Shown here piece by piece: positions 9,529 to 19,589 of a stretch of 64,000 bases of DNA. The notes beneath the pieces are model-generated. The model was given only the letters and a program-made list of their open reading frames with translations, was not told the DNA's origin and made no database searches. The DNA comes from Candidatus Curtissbacteria bacterium RIFCSPLOWO2_02_41_11 (GTDB taxonomy: Bacteria > Patescibacteriota > Microgenomatia > Curtissbacterales > GWA2-41-24). How positions within the stretch are numbered: position 1 is the first letter of the stretch; every line of letters begins with the position of its first letter. Where the stretch lies: NCBI GenBank assembly GCA_001775055.1, contig MFBU01000014.1, forward strand, positions 120,535 through 184,534, read 5' to 3'. A program made the position numbers and the translations under genes.

Positions 9529-12369
9529 ATGATTTATGAAGTAAGAATTGCTTCCAAAGAAAAAACTGACCCCAAGGGACAGAATTTACTGGCCGAAATT
9601 GAAAGAACGCTTGGTGTAAAAACCATTAAAAACATCCGTACTGCCAAAATTTATCGACTTGAGGGAATAAGCAAGTCCGACGCCAAAATATTTACCCAAA
9701 AAGTTTTATTTGAGCCAATAGATCAAAAGATGACTTTTAATCAGCCGATTTTTAAAGGTACTGATCATTTAGTTGAAGTTGCTTATAAACCCGGTGTAAT
9801 GAATCCGGAGGCTGGGTCACTTTTAAAGTCAGCAAAGGATATTGGTATTGATCTTTTAGCTGCAGATTCTTCTTGGGAGTACGCATTTTTTGGCAAATTT
9901 GCAAAAGATCAACTTCAGGCAATCATCAAAAGGCTTTTAGTTAATGAAACAGTCGAGCATGTCGTCGAAAAATCTCCTAAGACTCTTTTGATTTCTGGCC
10001 ATGCCGGTAAGATCCAAACTATTCCAATTAGAGGGCTTGATGACCGCCAGCTAATGGAACTTTCTCAAGATAAGCTCTTTTTAAATCTTGAAGAGATGAA
10101 AGTTATCCAAAATTATTTTGCAAAAATCGACCGCGATCCAACTGATTGCGAAGTTGAGGTTCTTGCCCAAACATGGAGTGAGCATTGCGTCCACAAAACT
10201 TTTAAAGCTAAGTTGATAATCGATGGTAAGGCCAAAAAGCCCTTGATTGAGAGAATTAAAGAAACAGCTAAGTTTAGTCAAAAATTCATTGTCTCAGCCT
10301 TTGTAGATAATTCCGGAGTGATTGATTTTTATAATGGTTGGGCAGTAAGCGGCAAAGTCGAAACCCACAATTCGCCTTCGGCCATTGAACCCTATGGTGG
10401 TGCTATGACCGGATCTGGCGGAGTTTTTCGCGATATTTTAGGTACCGGTCAAGGAGCCAAACCGATTATCTCAACCGACATTTTTTGTTTTGCACCGCCG
10501 AGTCTTCCTGCAAAGGATCTTCCCCCAGGTTGTCTGCCACCAGACTATCTTCTTCGCAAAGTTGTAGCCGGCGTGCGCGATTACGGTAATCGTGTTGGTA
10601 TTCCCACCAACAATGGTTCTATCCATTTTCATAACGATTTTCGAGCTAAACCAACTGTAGCTGTTGGATCATATGGTCTAATTCCCAAAAAACAAGCTAA
10701 CAAACGACGGCCCAAAAAGGGCGATTTAATTTTAACTATCGGCGGGGCAACCGGCCGAGACGGTATTCACGGTGCTACTTTTTCATCCGGTGAAATGACC
10801 GATAGAACCATTGAAGTCTCCGGCTCGGCGGTTCAAATCGGCAATGCCATTGAGGAAAAAAGAATTATCGACTGTGTTTTAGCTCTTCGTCAACAAAATC
10901 TGTTTCGTACTTTAACCGATTGCGGTGCCGGTGGATATTCATCGGCTATTGGCGAAATGGGCCAAAAAATTGGCGCTCGTGTTTATCTTGAAAAAGTTCC
11001 TCTCAAATACAGCGGCCTTTCGCCTTGGGAAATTTTTCTCTCTGAATCTCAGGAACGCATGGTTTTGGCAATTGCCCCAAAAAATCTTAAAAAAGTTCTA
11101 AAAATCTGCAAACTTTACAATGTGCAAAGTGCGATTTTGGGCAAGTTTGACGGTTCAAAAAGAATAAAAGTTACTTATGATGATCAATTGGTTTGTGACC
11201 TTTCTATGCAATTTTTGCATCATGGTTTGCCCCAGAGGCGAATGGTTGGCAAGACAATTGTCAAAATGATTCCAGATAAGCCCCCGAAACAACCAAAGGA
11301 CTTATCAGCCGTTTGGCTTAAAGTCATGAGTCACGGCAATGTGTGTTCCAAAGAGCCGATTGTAAGACAGTATGATCATAATGTTCAAGGAACCAATGCT
11401 TTACATCCCTTAGGTGGAGTTAACTTTGATGCGCCAAATGACGGAGCAGTTGTCAGACCGATTCTTAACAAACCATACGGCTTAGTAGTCACCCATGGTC
11501 TTAACCCGATTCTTAATCGAATTGATCCATATTGGGGTAGCATTTGGGCAACCTGCGAGGCAGTCTCCAATTTTGTGGCCATAGGCGGCGACCTTAAAAA
11601 TGCAGCCTTAATTGATAACTTTATTTGGCCATTTCCGGACGAAGAATCCTTAGCCGATTTAGATAAATCTGTCGATGCCTGTTGTGATATGGCCAAACTT
11701 TTGGATATGCCTTTTATCTCTGGTAAAGACAGTTTGTCGAGTACGTACCGTTATCCCGATGGTCGAGTTTTAAAAATCCCGCCGGTTCTTTTAATTTCTG
11801 TCTTTGGCAAAATCCCAGATGTTAAAAAAACTACAAGTTCTGATTTTAAGAAAGTTGGTTCAACAATAGTTCTTATCGGCAAACCGGATCTTAAAAATCT
11901 CGGCGGCTCGGTCTATTTTGATGTTGCCGGCGGTCAATCCTCATCCGTTCCTAAGATTAATCTTAAATCGCAAAAGGCAGTTTTAACATCAATTACCGCC
12001 GGAATCAGAAGTGGTCAAATCCTTGCCTGTCATGATATTTCCGAAGGCGGCCTGGCAGCAGCGATGGCCGAAATGTGTTTTGGAAGCGACTGCGGTGCAG
12101 AAATTGACTTGTCCTCCATAGCTTTAGCGAAGGAGGATCATCCTGATTTTATTCTCTTTTCCGAAACCGCCGGCACATTTTTGATAGAAGTTGCAAATCC
12201 AATAGTTGCCAAAAAACTTTTCGCCAAAGTTCCCCACGTGATTATTGGACAGACTATCAAAGAAAGATCAATCCGCGTAAATCTAGGTCCCAAAAATCTG
12301 TGTAATCTGCGCCTAGATCAACTCAAACAAGCCTGGCAGAAGCCGATGAAGGAGATATTCCATGATTAA
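9529..12369 (+). CDS. purL: Phosphoribosylformylglycinamidine synthase subunit PurL with N-terminal PurS-like extension
   Basis: QTWSEHCVHK, KVETHNSPSAIEPYGGA, DCGAGG, SESQERM, ISGKDSL, HDISEGG. Confidence 0.97.
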   Translation: MIYEVRIASKEKTDPKGQNLLAEIERTLGVKTIKNIRTAKIYRLEGISKSDAKIFTQKVLFEPIDQKMTFNQPIFKGTDHLVEVAYKPGVMNPEAGSLLKSAKDIGIDLLAADSSWEYAFFGKFAKDQLQAIIKRLLVNETVEHVVEKSPKTLLISGHAGKIQTIPIRGLDDRQLMELSQDKLFLNLEEMKVIQNYFAKIDRDPTDCEVEVLAQTWSEHCVHKTFKAKLIIDGKAKKPLIERIKETAKFSQKFIVSAFVDNSGVIDFYNGWAVSGKVETHNSPSAIEPYGGAMTGSGGVFRDILGTGQGAKPIISTDIFCFAPPSLPAKDLPPGCLPPDYLLRKVVAGVRDYGNRVGIPTNNGSIHFHNDFRAKPTVAVGSYGLIPKKQANKRRPKKGDLILTIGGATGRDGIHGATFSSGEMTDRTIEVSGSAVQIGNAIEEKRIIDCVLALRQQNLFRTLTDCGAGGYSSAIGEMGQKIGARVYLEKVPLKYSGLSPWEIFLSESQERMVLAIAPKNLKKVLKICKLYNVQSAILGKFDGSKRIKVTYDDQLVCDLSMQFLHHGLPQRRMVGKTIVKMIPDKPPKQPKDLSAVWLKVMSHGNVCSKEPIVRQYDHNVQGTNALHPLGGVNFDAPNDGAVVRPILNKPYGLVVTHGLNPILNRIDPYWGSIWATCEAVSNFVAIGGDLKNAALIDNFIWPFPDEESLADLDKSVDACCDMAKLLDMPFISGKDSLSSTYRYPDGRVLKIPPVLLISVFGKIPDVKKTTSSDFKKVGSTIVLIGKPDLKNLGGSVYFDVAGGQSSSVPKINLKSQKAVLTSITAGIRSGQILACHDISEGGLAAAMAEMCFGSDCGAEIDLSSIALAKEDHPDFILFSETAGTFLIEVANPIVAKKLFAKVPHVIIGQTIKERSIRVNLGPKNLCNLRLDQLKQAWQKPMKEIFHD

Positions 12370-13141
12370 ACCAAAAGTCTGCATTCTTCGTACCGATGGT
12401 ACCAACTGTGACGAGGAGCTATTTTATGCTTTCGAAAAATTTGGATCCAGTCCACAATACGTCCATATAAATGAACTAAGGGCGAAAAGCAAAAAGCTAA
12501 AGGCGTTTCAAATTCTCGCTCTTCCCGGCGGTTTTGCTTACGGTGATGACGTTGCCTCCGGAAAAATATTGGCAGTTGAACTTGTTAGTTTCCTTAAGGA
12601 TCAATTGCAGGAATATATAATTAAGAAAGGATTAATCTTTGGGGTCTGCAATGGTTTTCAGGTTTTAGTTAGGACTGGATTGTTACCTTTTGGCAAGTTA
12701 GGGAAAATGGATGTAACACTAGCCCAAAACGAAAGCGGCCATTTCGAATGTCGCTGGGTAAATTTAAAAATTGAAACTAGCCGTTGTGTCTTTCTTGATG
12801 ATCATAAAAGACAGGTTAGTCAGTTAGCCGTTAATCACGGTGAGGGAAAATTTTTCGCTGACACCAAAACCATCAAAAAAATCGAAGACGAAAACTTGGT
12901 AGTTTTTCGATATGTTGACGAAGATGGCAAACAAACTCAACTCTATCCGCAAAATCCCAATGGATCCACAAATGCCATCGCCGGCATCTGTGATCCAACC
13001 GGCAGAATTTTAGGCTTGATGCCACACCCCGAAAAATTTGTAGATATCACCCAACACCCCAACTGGCGAAGAAAAAAATTTGATCCACCTCACGGAGCAT
13101 TTATTTTCGAGGAAATGATAAGATATGCTCAAAATTCCTAA
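12362..13141 (+). CDS. purQ: FGAM synthase glutaminase subunit
   Basis: GTNCD, PGGFAYGDD, GVCNGFQVL, HGEG, NPNGS, LMPHPE. Confidence 0.97.
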   Translation: MIKPKVCILRTDGTNCDEELFYAFEKFGSSPQYVHINELRAKSKKLKAFQILALPGGFAYGDDVASGKILAVELVSFLKDQLQEYIIKKGLIFGVCNGFQVLVRTGLLPFGKLGKMDVTLAQNESGHFECRWVNLKIETSRCVFLDDHKRQVSQLAVNHGEGKFFADTKTIKKIEDENLVVFRYVDEDGKQTQLYPQNPNGSTNAIAGICDPTGRILGLMPHPEKFVDITQHPNWRRKKFDPPHGAFIFEEMIRYAQNS

Positions 13142-14242
13142 ATGAAAAAGATTACTTACGCCAAAGTTGGTGATAACTATTACACCAAAGACCCAATCAA
13201 AAAGTTAGCCCAAGTGGCCGCCCAAAAAACTGCCCAAAATCTTGCAAAATCTGGATTTTCAGAAATCGGCGACAGTCGTGGCGAATCGGCATTCGTTTGG
13301 AGACAGGGTGATGTCTTAATGGCTGCCGTTGTCGAAGGTTTAGGGACCAAAAATCTAGTTGCTGACGAAATGCGCAAAGTCTCTCATCAAACTTTTTATG
13401 ACGTGATTGGTCATGATACGGTTGCTTGTATCATCAACGATCTAGTAACAGTCGGCACCAAACCATTAGTCATCCATGCTTACTGGGCCATTGAGGATAA
13501 CAGTTGGCTATCCGACAAAAAACGAATGACTGATTTTATTACCGGCTGGAAAAAAGCTTGTGATTTTTCCGATGCGACTTGGGGCGGGGGAGAAACACCA
13601 ACCCTCAAAGGAGTTATTTGCAAGAACACTGTTGATCTAGGTGGATCTGCAATTGGCATTATTAGTCCTTCAAATAGATTAATCACTGATAATAAATTGG
13701 TTGCAGGTGATAGGATTTTATTTCTCAAAAGCAACGGAATAAATTGTAATGGTATTTCTTTGGCTCGAGCCGTAGCCCAAAAACTTCCCAAAGGTTATAC
13801 AACCAAATTATCAAATGGCCAAATGTTTGGAGAGGCGATTCTGACTAAAACGAACATTTATGCAAAACTTATTCAAGATCTCTTAGATGCAAAAATTGAT
13901 ATACATTACATCTCCAACATCACCGGTCATGGTCTTAGAAAAATAATGAGAGCAAGGGGAAACTTTACTTATATTATTGAGAAAATTTTTGATCCTCAAG
14001 AAGTTTTTCTCTTTATCCAAAAGCATGCTGGTCTTTCCGATTACGAAATGTACGAAACTTTTAACATGGGACAAGATTACGCCATTTTTCTCCCATCAGG
14101 GGATATTGCAAAAGCCCAAAAAATTATTATCCAAAATAAATTCCAATCAATCGACGCCGGTTATATCAAATCCGGCCCCCGCCAAGTCATCATCAAACCC
14201 AAAAACATTACCTTTAAATCCGAAACCCTCGATCTTCGATGA
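13142..14242 (+). CDS. purM: Phosphoribosylformylglycinamidine cyclo-ligase (AIR synthase)
   Basis: EGLGTK, INDL, GGET, SNG...NG, NITGHG, EMYETFNMG. Confidence 0.92.
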   Translation: MKKITYAKVGDNYYTKDPIKKLAQVAAQKTAQNLAKSGFSEIGDSRGESAFVWRQGDVLMAAVVEGLGTKNLVADEMRKVSHQTFYDVIGHDTVACIINDLVTVGTKPLVIHAYWAIEDNSWLSDKKRMTDFITGWKKACDFSDATWGGGETPTLKGVICKNTVDLGGSAIGIISPSNRLITDNKLVAGDRILFLKSNGINCNGISLARAVAQKLPKGYTTKLSNGQMFGEAILTKTNIYAKLIQDLLDAKIDIHYISNITGHGLRKIMRARGNFTYIIEKIFDPQEVFLFIQKHAGLSDYEMYETFNMGQDYAIFLPSGDIAKAQKIIIQNKFQSIDAGYIKSGPRQVIIKPKNITFKSETLDLR

Positions 14243-14315
14243 AAACTATAGCCCAAAGTCATAGGTCTGAACTGTGCTTTGATTAAGATAATTCAAACAT
14301 AGAATAATTAGATAA

Positions 14316-14909
14316 GTGAGAAATTATTATCCCATTATCTCTTTAATCTTTACAAACTTAATTCCCATCTTCGGGATCCTATTTTTACAATGGAATCTAT
14401 TTCAGTTACTCTTTGTCTACTCTTTAGAAACCGCAATTATCGGCTTATTTTTTAACCTCAGAATGATTTTTTCAAAAATAATAACCAACCAGAATCAAGT
14501 TTTATCTTTATATAAAAGGATAGAAGGAACAATATTTGGAGACTTCGGACTTGTGGTATTTATAGTTGGCCACGCCACTTTTATTTACATTCTTTCAATT
14601 ACTGCCGAACAAAGACTAAATTTTTCAGATTATCTCTTTTTTCTCCCCCTTTTATTTATAAGCCATAGCATTTCTTTTTTCTTCAACTTTATACGAAGAA
14701 GAGAGTATAAGATTCCTGTCTCAGTTGGATTATTACTTCTTCAGCCTTATAAAAGAGTACTCATTATGCACTTAACAATTGTTATTGGGGGCATAATTAC
14801 TGTCTCATTGAGTAGTTATCTAGGTTTAGTTATCCCTTTAATTATTTTAAAAACCTTGTTAGATCTAATATTTCATTTAAAAGAACATAATTCTTACAAA
14901 ACTAACTAA
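14316..14909 (+). CDS. Membrane protein, DUF6498-like
   Basis: N-terminal NLIPIFGILFLQW...E.AIIG; PYKR..IMH; C-terminal D..FH..EH. Confidence 0.55.
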   Translation: MRNYYPIISLIFTNLIPIFGILFLQWNLFQLLFVYSLETAIIGLFFNLRMIFSKIITNQNQVLSLYKRIEGTIFGDFGLVVFIVGHATFIYILSITAEQRLNFSDYLFFLPLLFISHSISFFFNFIRRREYKIPVSVGLLLLQPYKRVLIMHLTIVIGGIITVSLSSYLGLVIPLIILKTLLDLIFHLKEHNSYKTN

Positions 14910-15023
14910 TCTCCAATCTACCCCTTGTGTGTAATATCCGATGTATCATAGTTCTAGTCATTCCAACATTCTTAAGAATATTAGAATGATTTTGATAGAT
15001 AAAATTAGGTTCTTTACTAATAG

Positions 15024-15308
15024 TTGGACTATAATAATTTGTTAGTGAACGAAATTGAAAAGCTCAAAGAAGAAATCGAAAAGATTAAAGAACGCAATCG
15101 GCGGGTCGAAAAAGATAAGACTTGGGAAACTAGTCTTACTCGCCGTATCGCTATCGCCACCTCAACTTACATCTTAATAGCAATCTTCCTTATTATAATT
15201 GGCGTTGAAAAACCGTTTCTTGCCGCTATTATTCCAGCTGCTGCCTACCTTATCTCCACCGCATCATTGGAATTCTTAAGAAGATGGTGGCTTAAAAGCA
15301 AACAATGA
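15024..15308 (+). CDS. Small hypothetical membrane protein
   Basis: Coiled N-terminus, RNRRVEKDK.WETS.TRR, two TM helices. Confidence 0.65.
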   Translation: MDYNNLLVNEIEKLKEEIEKIKERNRRVEKDKTWETSLTRRIAIATSTYILIAIFLIIIGVEKPFLAAIIPAAAYLISTASLEFLRRWWLKSKQ

Positions 15309-15907
15309 AATTATTTTTTGATCTGGAAACTATTCCGGCGCCGGAAGAATTGCGCCAAGTGGTCATCGAGGCAGAGCGCAAAAAGGCACGCAATCGAGAA
15401 ATCGCTAGTGACAACGAAGCTCTTTACCGCGCCAGCACCTTTTCTGGTGATTTTGGCCGAATTTTCTGCATCGGTTATGCACAAGATGATACACCCGCTC
15501 AAGTGATTAGCGGTCATGAGACCGAAATTCTTAAAAAATGGTGGCAGATTGCCCAAAGCGCCAATGTATTTATTGGTCACAACATTATTGATTTTGATAT
15601 TCCTTTTCTTTATAAACGCTCAATTGTTCACAAAATAAAACCATCGCAACTTCTGCCAATTAAAAAATTTCCAACCGAAAACATTTTTGATACGGCGCGC
15701 GAATGGAGCCGTTGGGATAATTATTCCCAAACAAGTCTTCACAATCTGGCGCTTGCTTTAGACTTGCCTTCTTCCAAAGACAAAATGGACGGCTCGCAAG
15801 TTTATGATTTTTATTTTAAAAGGCGTTTTGAGGACATATACACTTACTGCAAAAAAGATGTTGAACTCACCAGAAAAATCTACAAGCGAATGCTTTTTAT
15901 TGCTTAA
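15305..15907 (+). CDS. 3'-5' exonuclease (DEDD, PolB-exo/RNase H-like)
   Basis: FFDLET (Exo I), GHNIIDFDIPFL (Exo II), YCKKDV (Exo III). Confidence 0.85.
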   Translation: MKLFFDLETIPAPEELRQVVIEAERKKARNREIASDNEALYRASTFSGDFGRIFCIGYAQDDTPAQVISGHETEILKKWWQIAQSANVFIGHNIIDFDIPFLYKRSIVHKIKPSQLLPIKKFPTENIFDTAREWSRWDNYSQTSLHNLALALDLPSSKDKMDGSQVYDFYFKRRFEDIYTYCKKDVELTRKIYKRMLFIA

Positions 15908-16085
15908 TGAATTTTAAGAAAAACTTTAAAAAACTTGGTTTTCGAACCCCTTCCACATTTCGCATCAATGCAATCTTATCAGCCAACAAAATCCTAGTAA
16001 GGCACTTTAAAGGAAAGAAGAAATAACATAATTTCTAGTTTTAAAATCAACTTTATTCAAAAAGATATAAAATTTCTTCTCAATT

Positions 16086-16114
16086 TTGCTTTTTTCACAA
16101 ATTGTGTGTAAAAT
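16086..16114 (+). promoter_or_regulatory. Sigma70-type promoter for the purP-purA... block
   Basis: TTGCTT-17 bp-TAAAAT, 6 nt before the purP ATG. Confidence 0.6.
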
Positions 16115-16120
16115 ACCTCA

Positions 16121-17134
16121 ATGGCGGCATCAAAAGGCTATAAAATCGCCACTTTAGGTTCTCACTCTGCTCTCCAAATCCTAAAAGGCGCAAAAGACGA
16201 AGGTTTTAAGACAATTTGTATCGTCACGCCTGATCGCCACCATCTCTACAGCCGATTTGCCTTCATCAATAAAATTATTAAGATTCCGACTTTTGCCGAT
16301 TTTCCCAAAATCGAAAAACAATTAATTGCCGATAACGCAATCGTTATTCCTCATGGTTCTTTTGTAGCTTATTTAGGTCTTAGCGAAAATAAAAATATGA
16401 AGGTTCCCTATTTTGGCAATAAGCAAGTTTTGGATTGGGAATCAGACAGAATGAAGCAAAGGGATTGGCTAATAGAAGCCAGCGTGCCGGTACCAAAAAG
16501 ATTTAAAAGGCAAGAGAAAATCGACAGACCAGTGATTATTAAATCGTATGGAGCCTCAGGCGGCCATGGTTATTTCTTCGCAAAAAACCAAAAGGAATTT
16601 GCATCCCGAATCAAAAATTTTAAAGCGAAAGATTTTATTATCCAGGAATATGTCATCGGAGTACCACTTTATATCCATTATTTTTATTCACCTCTTAACA
16701 AAAAATTAGAAATACTTTCGATCGATAAACGCTATGAAACTAATGTTGACTCCTTAGGGCGAATTCCTTCGCAGAATCAGCAAGGTCTTGGCATTGAACC
16801 CTCATTTGTGGTTGTTGGCAATATTCCCCTAACACTTCGCGAGTCACTTCTTTCCGAAGCATTTGAAATGGGCGAAAGAGTTGTTGCAACTTCAAAAAAA
16901 ATAATGGATGGGGGAATCTGGGGGCCGTTTTGTCTTGAAACGATTATTACACCAGAGCAGAAGTTTTCGATTATTGAAATTTCCTGTCGAATTGTTGCCG
17001 GAACCAATTTATTTATCGACAGTTCTCCATATGCCTCTCTATACTATGAAAAACCTGTTTCAACCGGCAGAAGAATCGCCATGGAGATCAAAGAGGCTAT
17101 TAAAAGAAACAAACTTGCCAGGATCTTAAACTAA
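16121..17134 (+). CDS. purP: Formate--phosphoribosylaminoimidazolecarboxamide ligase (archaeal-type PurP)
   Basis: IATLGSHSALQILKGAKDEGF, IPHGSFVAY, DKRYETNVD, VVGNIP, LRESLL, EISCRIVAGTN, STGRRIA. Confidence 0.92.
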   Translation: MAASKGYKIATLGSHSALQILKGAKDEGFKTICIVTPDRHHLYSRFAFINKIIKIPTFADFPKIEKQLIADNAIVIPHGSFVAYLGLSENKNMKVPYFGNKQVLDWESDRMKQRDWLIEASVPVPKRFKRQEKIDRPVIIKSYGASGGHGYFFAKNQKEFASRIKNFKAKDFIIQEYVIGVPLYIHYFYSPLNKKLEILSIDKRYETNVDSLGRIPSQNQQGLGIEPSFVVVGNIPLTLRESLLSEAFEMGERVVATSKKIMDGGIWGPFCLETIITPEQKFSIIEISCRIVAGTNLFIDSSPYASLYYEKPVSTGRRIAMEIKEAIKRNKLARILN

Positions 17135-18414
17135 TGAAAAATACCTCACTTAAAAGTTGGCAAGGCATTACCTGTGTGATTGGTCTTGACTGGGGTGATT
17201 CAGGTAAGGGGCGGTTGATTGATGATCTGTCCTCCCGCGCCGATATCGTTGCCCGCTATAGCGGTGGTTCAAATACCGGGCACACCGTCAAAAATAAATA
17301 CGGAAAATTTGCCATGCACATAATGCCCTCGGGTATTTTTAATCAAAAAGCTCAATGTTTAATCGGTCGGGGCGTTGCTTGCGATTTGGAATCTTTAATC
17401 GAAGATGAAATGGCCCAGCTCCAAAAAGCCGCTATCTCTTGGAAGAATTTAATTATTGATGAGCAGGCATCATTGACGATGCCTTGGCATAAACTTCGTG
17501 ATGGCTTACGCGAAGAATTCCGTTTAAAAAAAATTGGTACTACCAAGCGGGGTGTTGGCCCAACTTACGCCGACAGGATTGAAAGAGTCGGTTTAAGAAT
17601 TAAAGACCTCATGTCCTCTGATTTTAAAGACAAGCTTTTTGAAGAAGTCAAAATTCAGAATAAATTTTTTAATCTTAAACTTAACCCCACTCAAATCTAT
17701 AGAAGGTATCTAAAATTTTCCAAATTATTAAAACCTTACGTTGGCCAAACTATTCCGATTGTCAAAAATGCCCAAAATATGGGTAAAAATATTTTATTTG
17801 AAGGTACTCAAGGATCTCTTCTAGACGTCGATTTCGGAACTTACCCCTTTGTCACCTCCACTAATATTGGTGTTATCGGAATTTGGCGCAGTTTCAACCT
17901 TCATCCATCCGAGATTAACCACGTAATTGGGATATCCAAAGCCTACTCAACTAGAGTTGGCGCTGGTCCACAGCCGACAAAACTGGATGGAGAAAAAAGA
18001 CAAATCATTATCGAAAAAGGTCAGGAAATCGGTACAACTTCAGGCAGAACCCGCGACCCTGGATGGCTCGACTTAGTTATTATTAGAGCAGCAGCCGAGT
18101 TTAACAAACTCACTGCTTTGGCAATTACCAAACTTGATGTTTTGACTGGATTTAAAAAGATCAAAGTTTGTACTTCTTATAAAATCAATGACAAAACTGT
18201 TGAATATCTTTCCGGAGATGCCCAATTTTTGGCAAAGTGTCAACCAGTTTATAAAGAAGTTGATGGCTGGAGGGAAGATTTGTCAAAAATTCGCCAGTTT
18301 AAAAAGCTCCCTAAAAATGCCCAAAATTATATTAAGATAATTGAAAAATTGGTTGATGTTCCGGTAAAGTTTATATCAGTTGGGCCAAATAGGGGAGAAG
18401 TGATATACCTATGA
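17134..18414 (+). CDS. purA: Adenylosuccinate synthetase
   Basis: WGDSGKG, N.GHT, IGTTKRGVGPTY, EG.QG..LD.DFGTYPFVTS, TKLDVL, ISVGP. Confidence 0.97.
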   Translation: MKNTSLKSWQGITCVIGLDWGDSGKGRLIDDLSSRADIVARYSGGSNTGHTVKNKYGKFAMHIMPSGIFNQKAQCLIGRGVACDLESLIEDEMAQLQKAAISWKNLIIDEQASLTMPWHKLRDGLREEFRLKKIGTTKRGVGPTYADRIERVGLRIKDLMSSDFKDKLFEEVKIQNKFFNLKLNPTQIYRRYLKFSKLLKPYVGQTIPIVKNAQNMGKNILFEGTQGSLLDVDFGTYPFVTSTNIGVIGIWRSFNLHPSEINHVIGISKAYSTRVGAGPQPTKLDGEKRQIIIEKGQEIGTTSGRTRDPGWLDLVIIRAAAEFNKLTALAITKLDVLTGFKKIKVCTSYKINDKTVEYLSGDAQFLAKCQPVYKEVDGWREDLSKIRQFKKLPKNAQNYIKIIEKLVDVPVKFISVGPNRGEVIYL

Positions 18415-19589
18415 AAATCAAAAATCAACCCGTCCTTGACCGAGTCGAGACGAGGTCGGGAAAATCAAAAATCAAAAGTTATCAGGACCTTACAATCGCA
18501 ACAGTTGGGTCTCACTCTGCCCTTGATATTTGTCGCGGTGCCAAAGATGAAGGTTTTAAAACATTGGTTGTTGTTGAGAAAGGACGTGATCAAACCTATG
18601 TCAACTATTTTAAATCAGCCCGTCCTTCGACAAGCTCAGGACCTTCGGGTTGCGTCGATGAAGTTGTATATGTTGATAAATTTAAAGACATACTTTTGCC
18701 AAAAATCCAAAAAATCTTAAAAAATAAAAATTGTATTTTCATCCCTCACCGTTCATTTGAAGTCTATGTTAGCGATTATGATGCCATTGAAGATAAATTT
18801 GATGTCCCCATTTTTGGCAACCGCTATCTTTTGCGCTTTGAGGAAAGAAACGAAAAACCTAATCAGTACGATCTTTTAGAAAAGGCCGAAATAAGATATC
18901 CAAAAATATTTAAAGACCCTAAAGATATTAACACCATTGTTATAGTTAAAGTAAATGAAAAAGAAAGAAGGTTCGAAAGAGCTTTTTTCTTAGCAACTTC
19001 TCATGCGCGGTATAAATATGAGTCAGAAAGGCTAATCAAGGGTGGGGTTATTACTAAGATAGACCTTAATGCCGCTATTATCGAAGAATTTATTTTAGGT
19101 GTTCAAGTAAATTTTAACTTCTTCTATTCACCAATTAATCGTCGATTAGAGTTAGTTGGAACAGACACCAGAAGACAGACAGATTTAGAAGGAATTTTAA
19201 GGTTGCCTATTAACCAACAAGAGGAACTCTTTGAACTTAAAAGAATATATCCTCAATATGAAGAAGCAGGTCATATAGCAGTTACCACCTTGGAATCCAT
19301 GCTTGAGCCGGCTTTTGAAATTGGAGAAAAATTTGTAAAAGCCACAAAAGAAATGAAACCACCTGGTGTCATCGGTCCCTTTGGACTCCAATCGGTAATT
19401 ACCCCAGGCCCCCCAAAGAAAGAAATTGTCGTTTTTGACGTTTCACCCAGAATGCCCGGTTCGCCGGGGATTTCTAGCACCCCTTACAGCGGCTATCTTT
19501 ATGGGAAGAATATCAGCATGGGCAGGCGGGTTGCCATGGAAATTAAAAAAGCAGTCGCCATAAAGAGACTTTCAAAAATAGTCACATGA
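18411..19589 (+). CDS. PurP-like ATP-grasp protein (second paralog, DUF1246/DUF1297 type)
   Basis: ATVGSHSALDICRGAKDEGF, IPHRSF, D.RRQT..EG, GPFGLQ, DVSPRMPGSP, SMGRRVA. Confidence 0.85.
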   Translation: MKIKNQPVLDRVETRSGKSKIKSYQDLTIATVGSHSALDICRGAKDEGFKTLVVVEKGRDQTYVNYFKSARPSTSSGPSGCVDEVVYVDKFKDILLPKIQKILKNKNCIFIPHRSFEVYVSDYDAIEDKFDVPIFGNRYLLRFEERNEKPNQYDLLEKAEIRYPKIFKDPKDINTIVIVKVNEKERRFERAFFLATSHARYKYESERLIKGGVITKIDLNAAIIEEFILGVQVNFNFFYSPINRRLELVGTDTRRQTDLEGILRLPINQQEELFELKRIYPQYEEAGHIAVTTLESMLEPAFEIGEKFVKATKEMKPPGVIGPFGLQSVITPGPPKKEIVVFDVSPRMPGSPGISSTPYSGYLYGKNISMGRRVAMEIKKAVAIKRLSKIVT

